Source of the DNA: a virus
Virus record (IMG/VR): IMGVR_UViG_3300042868_007692
Coordinates: 1-64,000 of that record
Length of the DNA: 64,000 nucleotides
Reading direction: 5' to 3' (one strand)
A program made the translations under genes and the position numbers. The number at the start of each line of letters is the position of its first letter. Within the stretch, counting starts at the first letter, position 1. The notes under the pieces were generated by a model. It did not search any database. It had not been told where the DNA came from and saw nothing but the letters and a program-made list of their open reading frames with translations. Below, piece after piece: positions 43,230 to 55,200 of this stretch.

Positions 43230-46200
43230 CTAATTACATTCTTTAATTTTTTGTTTTTCTTCAGATGTCAAACTATTCCACTCTTCTTCTGAAATATTTA
43301 AACTAGCTATTTTAGCAGAATAAGGTAAAAGATTTACTTCAGGAGTTAACTCAGAATCTGTACTATAATCCTGACTAGGAGCATTTTCAGTATCTTCTTG
43401 TTCTATTAAAGCTCTATCTGCTATCTCTTGCTCTAATGCAGATACATCTACATCTGTTGTAGCAAAGATATCATTTTGTTTTTTAATTTCAGTTTCACTT
43501 TCAATAAAATTCAGAACATTGTTTAAAGAAGTTTCAGCTAAAGTGCCAGCTTTAATCTCAATACCTAATTGAGCTAAAGTATTCTTAATAGCTTCTACAA
43601 ACTTATCTAATAAATTAACTCCAGAGTCTGTTTTAAGAGTACTCAAATATTTTTGAAAACTCTCTGATTCAAAAGCTACAGCTACAAACTCAAGAATATC
43701 TACAGCAGGGTATCCAATCTCTAATTCTTCTGAAGTCATTAAAGTAGGTATCTTAGCTCTTAAATCTAAAGTTTTTTGTTTAGCTTTTTCTATTAAACTA
43801 GCATCTGTTTTTGAAATAAAATCTTGCCAAACTTCATGTAAAGCAACAACATGTCCAGGAGCTGAAGGAGAAAGAACAGAGTAAAATCCATCTTTATCTT
43901 TACTGTAGTACTTTAATAAATCTCTATGTGTTAAAGCATGCATTACTTCATGCATAAACACTCTTTCTCTTTTATCTAAAGGTGTGTTTTGATCAATATA
44001 AATAACTCCTTCCAGGTAAGCTCCAGAAGTAGTTACTCCAAAGATAGATTTAGTATCTACTATTTTTACTTGAGTATTACTGGCAAAAGGAATTAGAACT
44101 TCAGCTAAAACTTTATGTCTTTTAGAGCTTTCTTTTCCTGAGTTAGCTATCCTTTTCAAAGTATCTGAAACACTAGAATCATTTTGGACTGTCCCTAATT
44201 TTGGATCAAAAACAGTATCAAACTCTGTTTTAACTCCTGTAACTGCAGGTTGATTTTCCACAGTTTTAGAAGGAGCATTTTCAATAATAGATTTTGCACT
44301 TTTGACTAGTGCTTGATATTCATTCATACCATGAACTCCTAAGACATTAATTCTTTGATAAGTATTATTTCCTATATGTTCATAAAGTTGATATTTGTTT
44401 TGTTTTAATTTGCCTTGTTTACCTTTACTGGATTTTCTAATAGTAATAAATTTAGGAGATTCTGGCTCATTTAAAATGAAAGTATCTGCATTATTTTTAT
44501 TTACATCATCAGGAAAAACTTTAGCTTCTTGAGGATTGTGTTGGAAATATTGTTTTATAAAAATACTTTTCTCAACACTGTTTTCTCCAGGAGCCCCTAG
44601 TAATTGTGTAAAAATAGCAGGATTTCTCTTTACATTTATTCTTTGCATAATAGTAGCTGCAGATACAAAACCATCTTTAGTTTTAACTCCTACTTGTGAA
44701 AGATATTCTACAGGAATGTATTTAATAAACTGAATAGCTTCTTGAACTCCTCCCTCTAAATAAGCATAAGTAATTAACTCTTGAGCCAATTGTTTTGTAG
44801 AAAAAGGTTGCCCATTCCAATTTGGAAGAGGTTTATCCTGAATAATCAATTCTGCTAAAGAATTGTAGAGATATTTTTCTTCTAAGTTATCACTAATAGT
44901 GTTATTGTATTTTACAAAAGAAGGACTTACTCCATCTACTTCTACTTCATAAGTAAACCTGTTTAAAAGTTTGTTGTTTACAATAGCTTCTTCATTAGTG
45001 TTTTTACTTAAATACTCTGCTAAAGAAGTATTAGATGCACTACTAATGAATAATCTCTTTCTTTCTACTGCAGTATCTTCTGTATATAGACCCAACCCTT
45101 TCCAAGAATAGATATACTTTTTAACTTCTTTAATAATACTTAAAGTTTTTTCTATGTTTTTAAATTTGTTGGTAGCATCTACTTCAGAGATATTTAAAAT
45201 TTCACTAATTACAGCTTGTAATCCTGGATCATTATAAGGAAAAAAGTCTGACCATAATGTTTGAGAAGTGTATACACCTTGCACTACAATTTGTCCTTGA
45301 GGTGTCTGAGGCTTTACATAATAGTCTCCTATTCTAACATAACCTGTTACATCTGATAAGGTATTTATAGGTAAAAAATCTCCTATAAGACTAGACACAT
45401 TAGCTACTTTACTATTTTCAGAAAATTGAGACAAAGAAGTGTGAACAATATTAGACTCTACTATAGACTTTCCTAAATTACCTGTAAACAATACAGATTG
45501 TACTTTTGCTAAGTTTTTAGAGTAGTCATTTAATTCTAAGAATAATTTTAAAGAAGCTAACTGCACAGCAGGAGAAGAACCATTAGTTGTTAAGCCTTCC
45601 ATTAAAGCATCTCCTGTTAATATAGAGCTGTCTATTTTTAAATCTTCTTGAGTTGAGTCTGTCTTATATTTGTTTTCTAAAGCTTCAATTACTTCTTGTT
45701 CTAAGTTAGGGTTATATTTAGCAGTTAAACCTTTCCCTTTTTGCATCATTTCTACATAATCTTTAAGGATAGGTTGAGACAATAAAGCATAGGCTACAGA
45801 TAAATTTTTAGTAGTTCCATTTTCTGTATAGGTAGTTTTATCAAAACCTAACAAAGTAAGTAAAGAATCTACTCCAATAGTTAATCCATTCACATTTACT
45901 CTACCTAAGATTTGTTCTTTTTCATTATCAGTAGCTGTATTTTGTCTTTCAGCAAAAACTTCAGCAATACTCCTAAAACCATCAAGAGTTCTTTCTTTTC
46001 CTAAAACTCCCTCAGAAGATAACTTTCCTATTGTTATAGAATAATTTTCTGGCCCTTCTTCAGTGCTTTTTAGTAGCCTTAAAGGAGCTGAAGTTTGTTG
46101 AGTTAAAGCATGAAATGTTACATAGTTAGAATAGATTCCAATAGCCATTTTACCTACAGAACCTAATCCCATTTTCTTTTTTTGATATTCATCAGATAAA

Positions 46201-49200
46201 ATAGTGAAAGTAGGAACTATAGATTTTAAAGCTTTCTCAGTTTCTTTAATGCTTTCTCCTTCTTGAGCTAACATTTGAGTTTCTTTAAAAGTTTTACCTG
46301 TGCCTATAGATTCTTGAATTAAGTCAGCTTGTTGTCTAGCAAAATCCATAGAAAGAACTTTGTTAATTTTACCTTGAACTTTTTTAGAAGGGTTATTAAA
46401 TACAGCAGTATGAATTTTTATAAACTCATTCTCTAAAAGTTTTTGATCTAATTTACTTGTTACAATTTCTATTTGTTTTTCAATGTTACTTCCTTGGTCT
46501 TGTAACTCTTTAATTGTGTCTTCATCTAATTGAGAGCCTAATAAAGTAAAAAAGTCTTCCATAGAAGCTAAACCAAATTCAGACTTAAAAATATTATTCT
46601 CTTCTTCTAAGAGTTTTTTTAATCTAGCTAAAGCTTTTTGTTTATGTTTTTCATTCAATACCTCTATTTTACCAGTTTTGAAATCTACAATGTGATTTAA
46701 TTGATAGACATTTTCTTTATCCACATCAAAGTCAAGACCTTTTTGTTTAGTAAAGTTTTTAGGCACTATCATTAAATCTCCAACTTCAGGAGGTAAAATT
46801 CCAACTATCTCAATGCTAGAAGCAGATACATGAGAAGATGTAGGAGTTCTAAAACTAAATTGGTTTAACAACTCTGGAGAAATCATACCTTCTTTTAATT
46901 TCCAAGTTCCATTCTCTCTTTTTTCAATGTAAATAAAATCTCCTTCAGATTTAGCAAATAAATCTACTAATTTACCTTCTTTATTTTTAAATTTAGAAGG
47001 GGCTAAAACTTGAGCTTTTCTAAAACTTCCATCAGTATTTACTCCTGCTCCTTGAAGTTCTACTCCATTATAATTATCTAGATAAATAACTCTAGATTCT
47101 TGTACTCCAGATAAATTTTCTTGAAAACCAAAACCATTTTCAGAACCGGCTACAAAAGAGTTTCCAGGAATCTTATGATTCATTAATCTATTAGTTACAA
47201 TAGCATTTAACAAAGACTCAAATCTATCACTGTTTGTAGTTAACCATAAAGGAATTTTAAAATCAAAATACTCATTTCCTTCTTTATCTACTTGAGTTTC
47301 TAGACCTAAGCTTTTAATGTCTTGGATTGGATAATTTCTATTTATAGCTTCTTTTTGTAAAAGATTTTGTAACTTCTGCATAGTGACTTTTTCACTCACA
47401 GGAACTCCATTAGAGTTCAATCCTAGTTCTTTAAAAAGACTTTGTTTTTTATTTTCAACTAAGTTTGTAAAGACTTCATTGTATTTTTCATACAACTCTT
47501 TACCTGTCATAGATTTATCCTCATAATTAAATCCAGATAAATTTAACATACCGTCTCCAAATAACAGTTTAAAAATTTGAGTTCCCATTGCAACTTTATC
47601 TTCTTTTTTTAAGTCAGATTTAAAAGGTACATCTTGTTGAATTCTAAAGTCTTTTCTATTAAGAGTTAACATAGCAGTCTCTATACCTTTTAGACTTTCT
47701 ACATCTAAAGGATCTATTGTTTGACTGTCTATTTTAGCTCCCACTTTATTTGCAGTTTGATAAGAAGCTCTTACAGTTGTATCATATTTAGCCTCTAAAG
47801 CTTCTAAAGAAACTCTTAAGTTTTCTAATTTAGTTCCTGCAGTAAGTTCAGGAATTAAAGGAAAAGAAGAAGATTTAATATAAACTGTTCTAGCTACATC
47901 ATTTTTAATATTTCCTTGCTCATCTTTATCAAATAATTGACCTGTGTATACAGGTTTAATAGGTTGTAAAACAATGCCTAACTCTTCTTTAGTTAAGGTA
48001 ATACCTTTAATGGCTTTTTCTGTTAAGTCTTTATATTTACTTTCAGAAAGTTTACCATCATGAAATAAAATATATAAATGCTCTTTTAAAGTAGTGTACT
48101 CTTGAGCATCAGTAGATTCAATATCAAAGTAATCACCTAACTTTTCAATGTCTTTAAATTTATCTTTTAAAGCTTTTCTAATAACAGTCTGTCTTGTTTT
48201 GTTAGCTGTTTTATACTCTGTCAAAGCTTCTTTTATTGTTTGAGAAGCATTTTCAAATAAAGTTCCATTTAAAGCTTCTTCTCCTTCAAATAAAGAAATA
48301 AGGTATTCTGCATTTTCTGTAATATCTACAGAATCTTTTAAAAAGATTTGTTTATAAGTTTTATTTGCAGATTCAGCTAAAGTTCTACCTGGAGCAATTA
48401 ATAAAGCTAATCTTTTTCCTATGTTAATACCTTGTTTTTCAGATAAGGTAGTATAGAAAGTATCATTAGTAGCAAAATAAGGTTTGTCTACTTCTTTAAA
48501 TAATTTATCTTGAGAGTATAAAGCTGGGTCCCCTGCAATTACAGTAAACATATCTGCATTGTTAAGAACAGAATTTAATACATAATCATAAACAGCTATC
48601 TCAAATTTTTCATCAAGATTACCTTTACCAGAGTTTAAATATTTACTATCAAAAACATTAATTTTTATAGTCTGTCCTGATTTATCTTTTTGTTTAAATT
48701 CTTCCCAAACTTCAGATTTTTCTGTTACTAAATTGTGCATAGTAGTTTCTACAGCATCTATTAAAGCCTCTTTAAAAAGAATTTCTGTAGCTTTAATATC
48801 TCCAGTAACTAAATGCTGTACAACTCTGTCTCCATTCTCATCTACTAAAGTATTTAAGACAGGAAAGAAATTAAATAGTTGAGCCGCATTATCATAGTCT
48901 TTAATATCAGTAGCTTTTACATTTTTATGAAAATTAGCTATTCTTTTCATTTCAGGAAGGATTAACTTTTGATATAAAAGCTCTCTTAAATCTTCAGTAA
49001 AAGTTACTCCATCTTCTTGTCTGTTAAAAGCTATAGCACTTTCTGCCATAAAATTAAAAGCTCCTGTTGCTACAGTAAGCATTTGAGATTTATCTGACAT
49101 AGTAGGTAAAAACATTCTTGCTACTCTCATAGTAAAATCTCCTACTTTATGAGCAATTGTACCTTGTTGGGTATCTTGAAACATACCTAATTTAGTGATA

Positions 49201-52200
49201 TCATGATCTAAATTATTCAAGTCTGTGATACCAGCAAAGTTACTTGAAGCTTTTCCAAATTCTTTTAAAGCCTCTAAGCTTAAATAATTAGCCTCTAATT
49301 TTTTATAAAAGTTAGGGTCATTTTCTAGTAATTCTAGCAAAGTAGAATTAGAACTTATAGAAATAGACTTTAAGTTTTTTATAAGTTCTCTATCTCCTGA
49401 AGAAATACTTTTAATTAAGTCATCAACTCTATCTGTAACAAAAGTAGGATTAGTGATACCTGAAATATTTTTTCCAGCTACTCTAAAATTTTTAGATAGG
49501 ATTTTACCTGAATATTTACTATCAGCTTTAGCTAAAGTTTTTATAACAGTCTGCATATCATTAAAAGGATGGGCTTTACTGTTCTCTTCAAAATTTAAGT
49601 TTTTTTGATTTTGAACTTTTCTTAAGTACTCTGCAAGTAATCCTATAGGAGTATTATTACCTTCAAAGCTTAATGCATAAGGTATAAATGTATTTTGATA
49701 ACTAAATCCTATAGATTTTAATTCATTCCAATATCCTTTAGATAAGGTAATCCCAAAATTTTCTAACCAAGCCTGAACAGCTTCATCTGTTACATCAAAG
49801 TTTTTATCTTTCCAAGAAGAATATTCTCTAAGTAATTCCTCTGCTTTTTCTTTATTAATTAAGTATTCTCCAGCTTCTACATTTACTAAAGGAGATGCTT
49901 TAAAATTATTTTTCCAAGAGTTCATAATTACTCTAGAAACTTCATTAGCATTAGTATCATAAACTTGAAGTTTACTACCTTCAGGAGTAGAAATATACAT
50001 TGTAAACTTCATATTCACAGCATGTTTTCTGTAGTTTACAACTAACTCATTTCTTAATTGAGCATCAGCTTTATCAAATCTTTCCATTAACTCTACAACC
50101 CAAGGTTGAGCTTGTTTCATTTCAAGAATTTTAGCTTTCATCATTTCATAGTTAGAGTCTATATAAACTCCAGAACCTAATAATTGATATAAAGTATCAT
50201 AAACTTCATTGTAGTTAACATAAGTAGGAAGACCTAAGAATCCTTTAATTACATTTCCTTCTAAGTCTAATTTTTTAACACCTGACATAAATCTTCTTAA
50301 TCTATAAGAAGTTTTATTTTTTCCACTTTCAGTTAAAGAAGCATTATCTTCAAAAGATTTGACTTTCATAGTCACATCTTCCTCTTCCTCTTCTTCTTCA
50401 AGATTATCTTTCTTTTCTTTGATATCTGAAGTTTGAGTAACTTCTTGCATAGCTTTTTCAATAATCCCTGCTTGACCAGTATAAGCTTCTCCAGAAGCTT
50501 CTAGTACAGTTTTTATACTATCTGCATTCCAATGATTTTCAATATTAGTTAATACTCTTAGAATATTAATAAGATTCTCTTTTTGTGCAGTCACCTCTTC
50601 TGAGGCTTCTTGTATTTCAGCAAACTTTTCTAAAATAGCCTGTACTTTTTGTTTTGAAGGCTCTACAATATCTTTATAAGAGTTGCTAATACTAGTTAAA
50701 AGCTGCTCTTTATTAATTTTAGTTTCTGGATTTAGATCAATAGCTGTATTGATGTAATTATAAATGAAATCAATTAAATGAGCTTCTTGAGAAATGTCTA
50801 ATCCTGGTACTAAGTTAAACAAATCTTTTAGAGCTTCAACATCTTCTAAAGTAGCAGGTAAAGCAGAAAAAGATACTCCAGGTTTAAAGCCTAACTCTTG
50901 TTGAATTTTTAAAGCTTCTTGTAAAAGTTGTTCTACATTAAAATTCTTATTTTTAATTTCTTCTGTTTCTGCTTTAACTACATCATTAATTTCAGCTATG
51001 GCAGTAATAGGAGTAACAACTTCTACTTCAGAAGTGTACTCAAAAACAATAGTAGGCTGTATAGAAGTTACAAATTTTGGATTATTTTCTGTTCCAATAT
51101 TAAAAGACCTCACACCTGTAGTAAGCTTTTCTTTTAAAAAGTCTTGATAAGTTTTATTTGTATTTACTACTGTACCATTCTCAATAAGAGGTACTTGCAT
51201 ATTCTTATCTAAACCATCTCTTGAAACATTTAGATAAAAATCTTTTTCAGAAGCAATATACAATTGTCTACCAAACTCAGCTCTAGAGTTTCCTGTTTTA
51301 GGATGAAAGAAAAGACTAAAGAAAGCATCTGCATCTTGATATCTCATAAGGTTATACCCTGTAATATCTTTAATGTCTTTAATAATTTTTTTAGCTTGAG
51401 CTTCTGTCACATCATAATCTCCTCCTACTACAAACTTATTTCTAATTTCTTGGATAACCTGTTTATTTTCTTTATCAACTTGAGTATCAAACATAGAATA
51501 AGCTGCCCAGGCCCACTTAACTGTTTCCAATTCTTGAGCTGGAGTTTTACCTATTTCTTTTATGTTTTTATAATTTGAAGTAAGAAAAGCTTGCCAAGTT
51601 TGTCTACCTTCAGAGTCAGTACCTATTCTTCTTAAATGCCATACTTTTCCTCTAGCTCCTTTTGCATTAATCATTTCTTTATTAATGACAACTCTTGTAC
51701 TATCTTCAAAGTACTTATTCATACCTACTTCTAACATATTCTGGTTACCTTGAACCACTATGACAGATTGAGGATTTGCTTCTTTAATAGATAACAATTC
51801 TATAAAATTACCCTCTGCATCTTTTATTTTTTCAATTGTATAAAAAGCACCATTATTTTTTTCTTTAATAGTAACCTTATTTACTCCTTGATTAATAACA
51901 GCTTTTCTAAAACTAGAAATAGTATTTTGAGATTCCTCAATAGCTTGTCTGTGACTAGAACTAATACTACTAGGGTTCACACTATTATCTTTTCTATTAG
52001 GGTCAGCTACATTCCAAGGATTGTACCAAGAAGTTTCATGAATATAAGCTACAGGTTGCCCCTCATTATTATAAGCAACTACAGGCACTGAATTAATAAA
52101 ATCTTCTGAGTTTCTGTAATCAGGATTTGCATTTAACTTCTCTTGAAAAATTTCAGAATAGGGTTTAGTAATAGGTTTATTTTCAGAATCTCTTCCTACA

Positions 52201-55200
52201 TAAACTCTAATATTACTCCACTCAGCTTCTGGAACCATACCTACATTAACTTTAGAGCCAGGTAAATACTTGTCCCAATCTAATAATTCTCTATAATCTA
52301 TAGCCCCTTCTTCATAATTTAAGGTGTCTGTTAAAACAGGTTGTCTAACAAAAGTACCTGTCTTTTTACCTTGAGCATCTAATATTTCTATTTCTTCATA
52401 TTTAATTGCATTAAAGCCAAACCTTAAAGCTAGACTAGTAATTCTTCTATCATTTAAAGATTTAACAGGAACATTTTCATCATTAAAAGTCACAGTTTTA
52501 ACTTGAGCTTTTTCAGTAATTTTTAATTGTTCATTACCATCTGCAACAACTTCTTCTGCAGTACTTACTTTAGTAGCTACATTTTTAAAAATGGCATCAA
52601 TATGAGCTTGAGCTTCTTGAACTGTATTTTTTAAAGGTTCAAAAACCTCATCATAAATCTCTTCAAAATTAGTTTCTGCTAATCCAGCTACTTTCCAGCC
52701 TAATACATAAGCATCAAAAGACTCTTCTGCTTTTTCTTTAGTAGTAAACCTAATAAAATAATTAAGAAGATCTTTAAAAGTAGGTTCTTGCCCTGAAACT
52801 TTTTTCATATCTCCATAAACTTTTTTAACTACTGCTCCTACAATTTTAACTTGCTCTTCATTAAAAGCTCCAGTATCTGCAGGCATTAAAGATAGTGGAT
52901 CTAAAAAATCATCTTGAGAAACTACAACAGCTTCTGCACTAATTTTAGTTACTTCAGGGGTTCCTTCTTTTTTAACTTCATTAGGTTTAGTAACAGCTTC
53001 AATTTGTTGTTGAGCTTCATTGATAGATTGAGAAATAGCTCCCATAGTCACTGGCAACTCTTCTTCAACAGCATCTTCTCTTAAAGAATTTTCTATAAAC
53101 TTGCTTAGAGTTTCTGCAGTAATATCTGACTCAATATTAAATAATTCTTTAATAGTCTCAGGATTAACTTTTTGATTAGCATTAAACTCTTCTAATAAAA
53201 CAGGAGCTGCAATTTCTAAGGTATCAAAATACTCATCCTGAATCTCTTCATTATCCAAAATAATAGGATGTAATAAGCTTTGTTTAACAGTCTCTAATTG
53301 AGTTTGATGTTTTGTAATATCTTCTGCTGTAGCTTCTTGTACATTTTCATTTTCTATTGCATTTTCAGTGGCATTAATAAGTTTTACTTTTTCTTCTGAC
53401 ACTTTTTTAGCAGTCTCTTGAAGCAAAGCAATTCTATCAAAAGAACCAGTTTGTTTTTGTTTAGCTTGTAGTTTTGCTATTTTTTTATACTTCTGTTTGA
53501 TTTCTTCAACTTTTTGAGCTGATAAACCTAGAGTATCTAATCTTACAAAAGCTTGGTCTATAAATTTATCATTTAAAATAACTTCCCCTGTAGAATCAAA
53601 TTCTAATCCGGCATCTGTTAAATTATTTTCTTGAATGTATCTGACAGAGTCAGAAAATTGAATCTGAACATTTTTAATTTTTTGTAAGGTTTCCTCATAC
53701 TTAGGACTGACTTGCTCATTAAAAGCTTTAACAGTCATTTTTCTAGCTGAGTCTATATTATTTCTTGCAGCTTTTAAGCTTACATAAGTCTGTACAGCAG
53801 GTAATTCAGCTTTATCTAAAGCTTGTTTAAACTTTTCTAACTTTTCTGCTTCTTCTGCATCTACAGGTTCTATTTCTAATAAAGTATCTGGGTTACTTAC
53901 TACAGGCATTAAAGAGGCCTCTACATTAATTGTAGATAAGTAATCTTGGTATTCTTGATTTGCAAGTTCTCTTTGAGTCAAAATCTCTTTATCTAATTGC
54001 TCTAAAGATTGTCCAAGGTTAAGTTTAGAAGCTGCTAAATCTACAATTTTATCTATGTTACTTCTAGTCCCATATTTTTTATAAGTTTTATTTAAATCTG
54101 AAATCTTACCTTTAGCTAAAAGAATATTCAATGCAGTTTCTTCACTAAACTTAGTGTTTTTATTTTCAATAACTTTATCTAAAGTTTTTTCAAATTCATC
54201 TAAAGTATTAGTTTTAATTGCTTTTATGGCTAAATTAAAAAACTTCTTTTGTTCAATAGTATCTGCAGCCTCAAGAGATTCTGGAGTACCCTCTTCTCTT
54301 AAAGCTTGAATTTTATGATCATAGTCTACTTGACTAAAAATAGTTCCTCCTGAAGCCATTAAAACAGTTTCAGCTAAGTCTTCATCAGTCATAGAATTAT
54401 CAATAGCTTTATACATATCTCTAATAGCAGCTCTCTCTTCATAAAACTCTTGTCTTTTTTTATAATTAGCTACATTTCCAACAGCCCCTAAAGCTGTAGT
54501 GTGACCACTCATTAATAAAGTTTGTCCAGCTACATCTGCATAAAAATCAGGATTAGCTAATTCTTCAAGTTGAGTTAAGTACTGAGAAGTAAAGTTTTCA
54601 AATCTAAGAGTTGGAGTAGCTTGTACTACAAGCTCTTCAATAAATTCTCCAGGTAAACCATCATAAATTTTATTAGCTCCTGTGTGGTATAAAGCTTTAC
54701 TACTAAGTTTACCTATTCCTAAGTTGTTTACATAGTTCTGGCCTTGTTTAGGTATCTCAGAAAGAAATTTTCTAGTCTTTTGAAAAGGTAATTTAGATAT
54801 CCAACCTTTTGTAGTTTTATTATTTAATAATCTATTACCTAATTTTCCTACATACATTTCAGAACCAAACTCTTTTACAGTCTCTGTATAACCATACAAA
54901 TAAGATTCTTCCCAAGACTTAGGTCTTAACATTTCTTTTTCTCCTTCTAAAGAAGATAGGTAATTGTTTAATTCTTCTAATTGAGTCTTATCTTGATTTG
55001 ATAAGTTAGTCTTATTTTCTAGTTTAGAAATTGCATATTCTAGATTACTTTTTTTAAGGTCATACTCTTTCATAAATTGAGTATAAGCTGCATCATTAGT
55101 TACAACTTTTTTAGACCCATCTTTATCTACAACTAATCTCACATCTCCTACTTGCTGTCTTAACATTGAAGCATAAGTAGTAGGAGAAACTGCAGCTTGA

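Noticed and set aside
43229-43232. Read-through fusion of the RNAP with the next cargo gene
   Set aside because: The next ATG starts 1 nt after the TAG in a different frame, and no slippery site was evident
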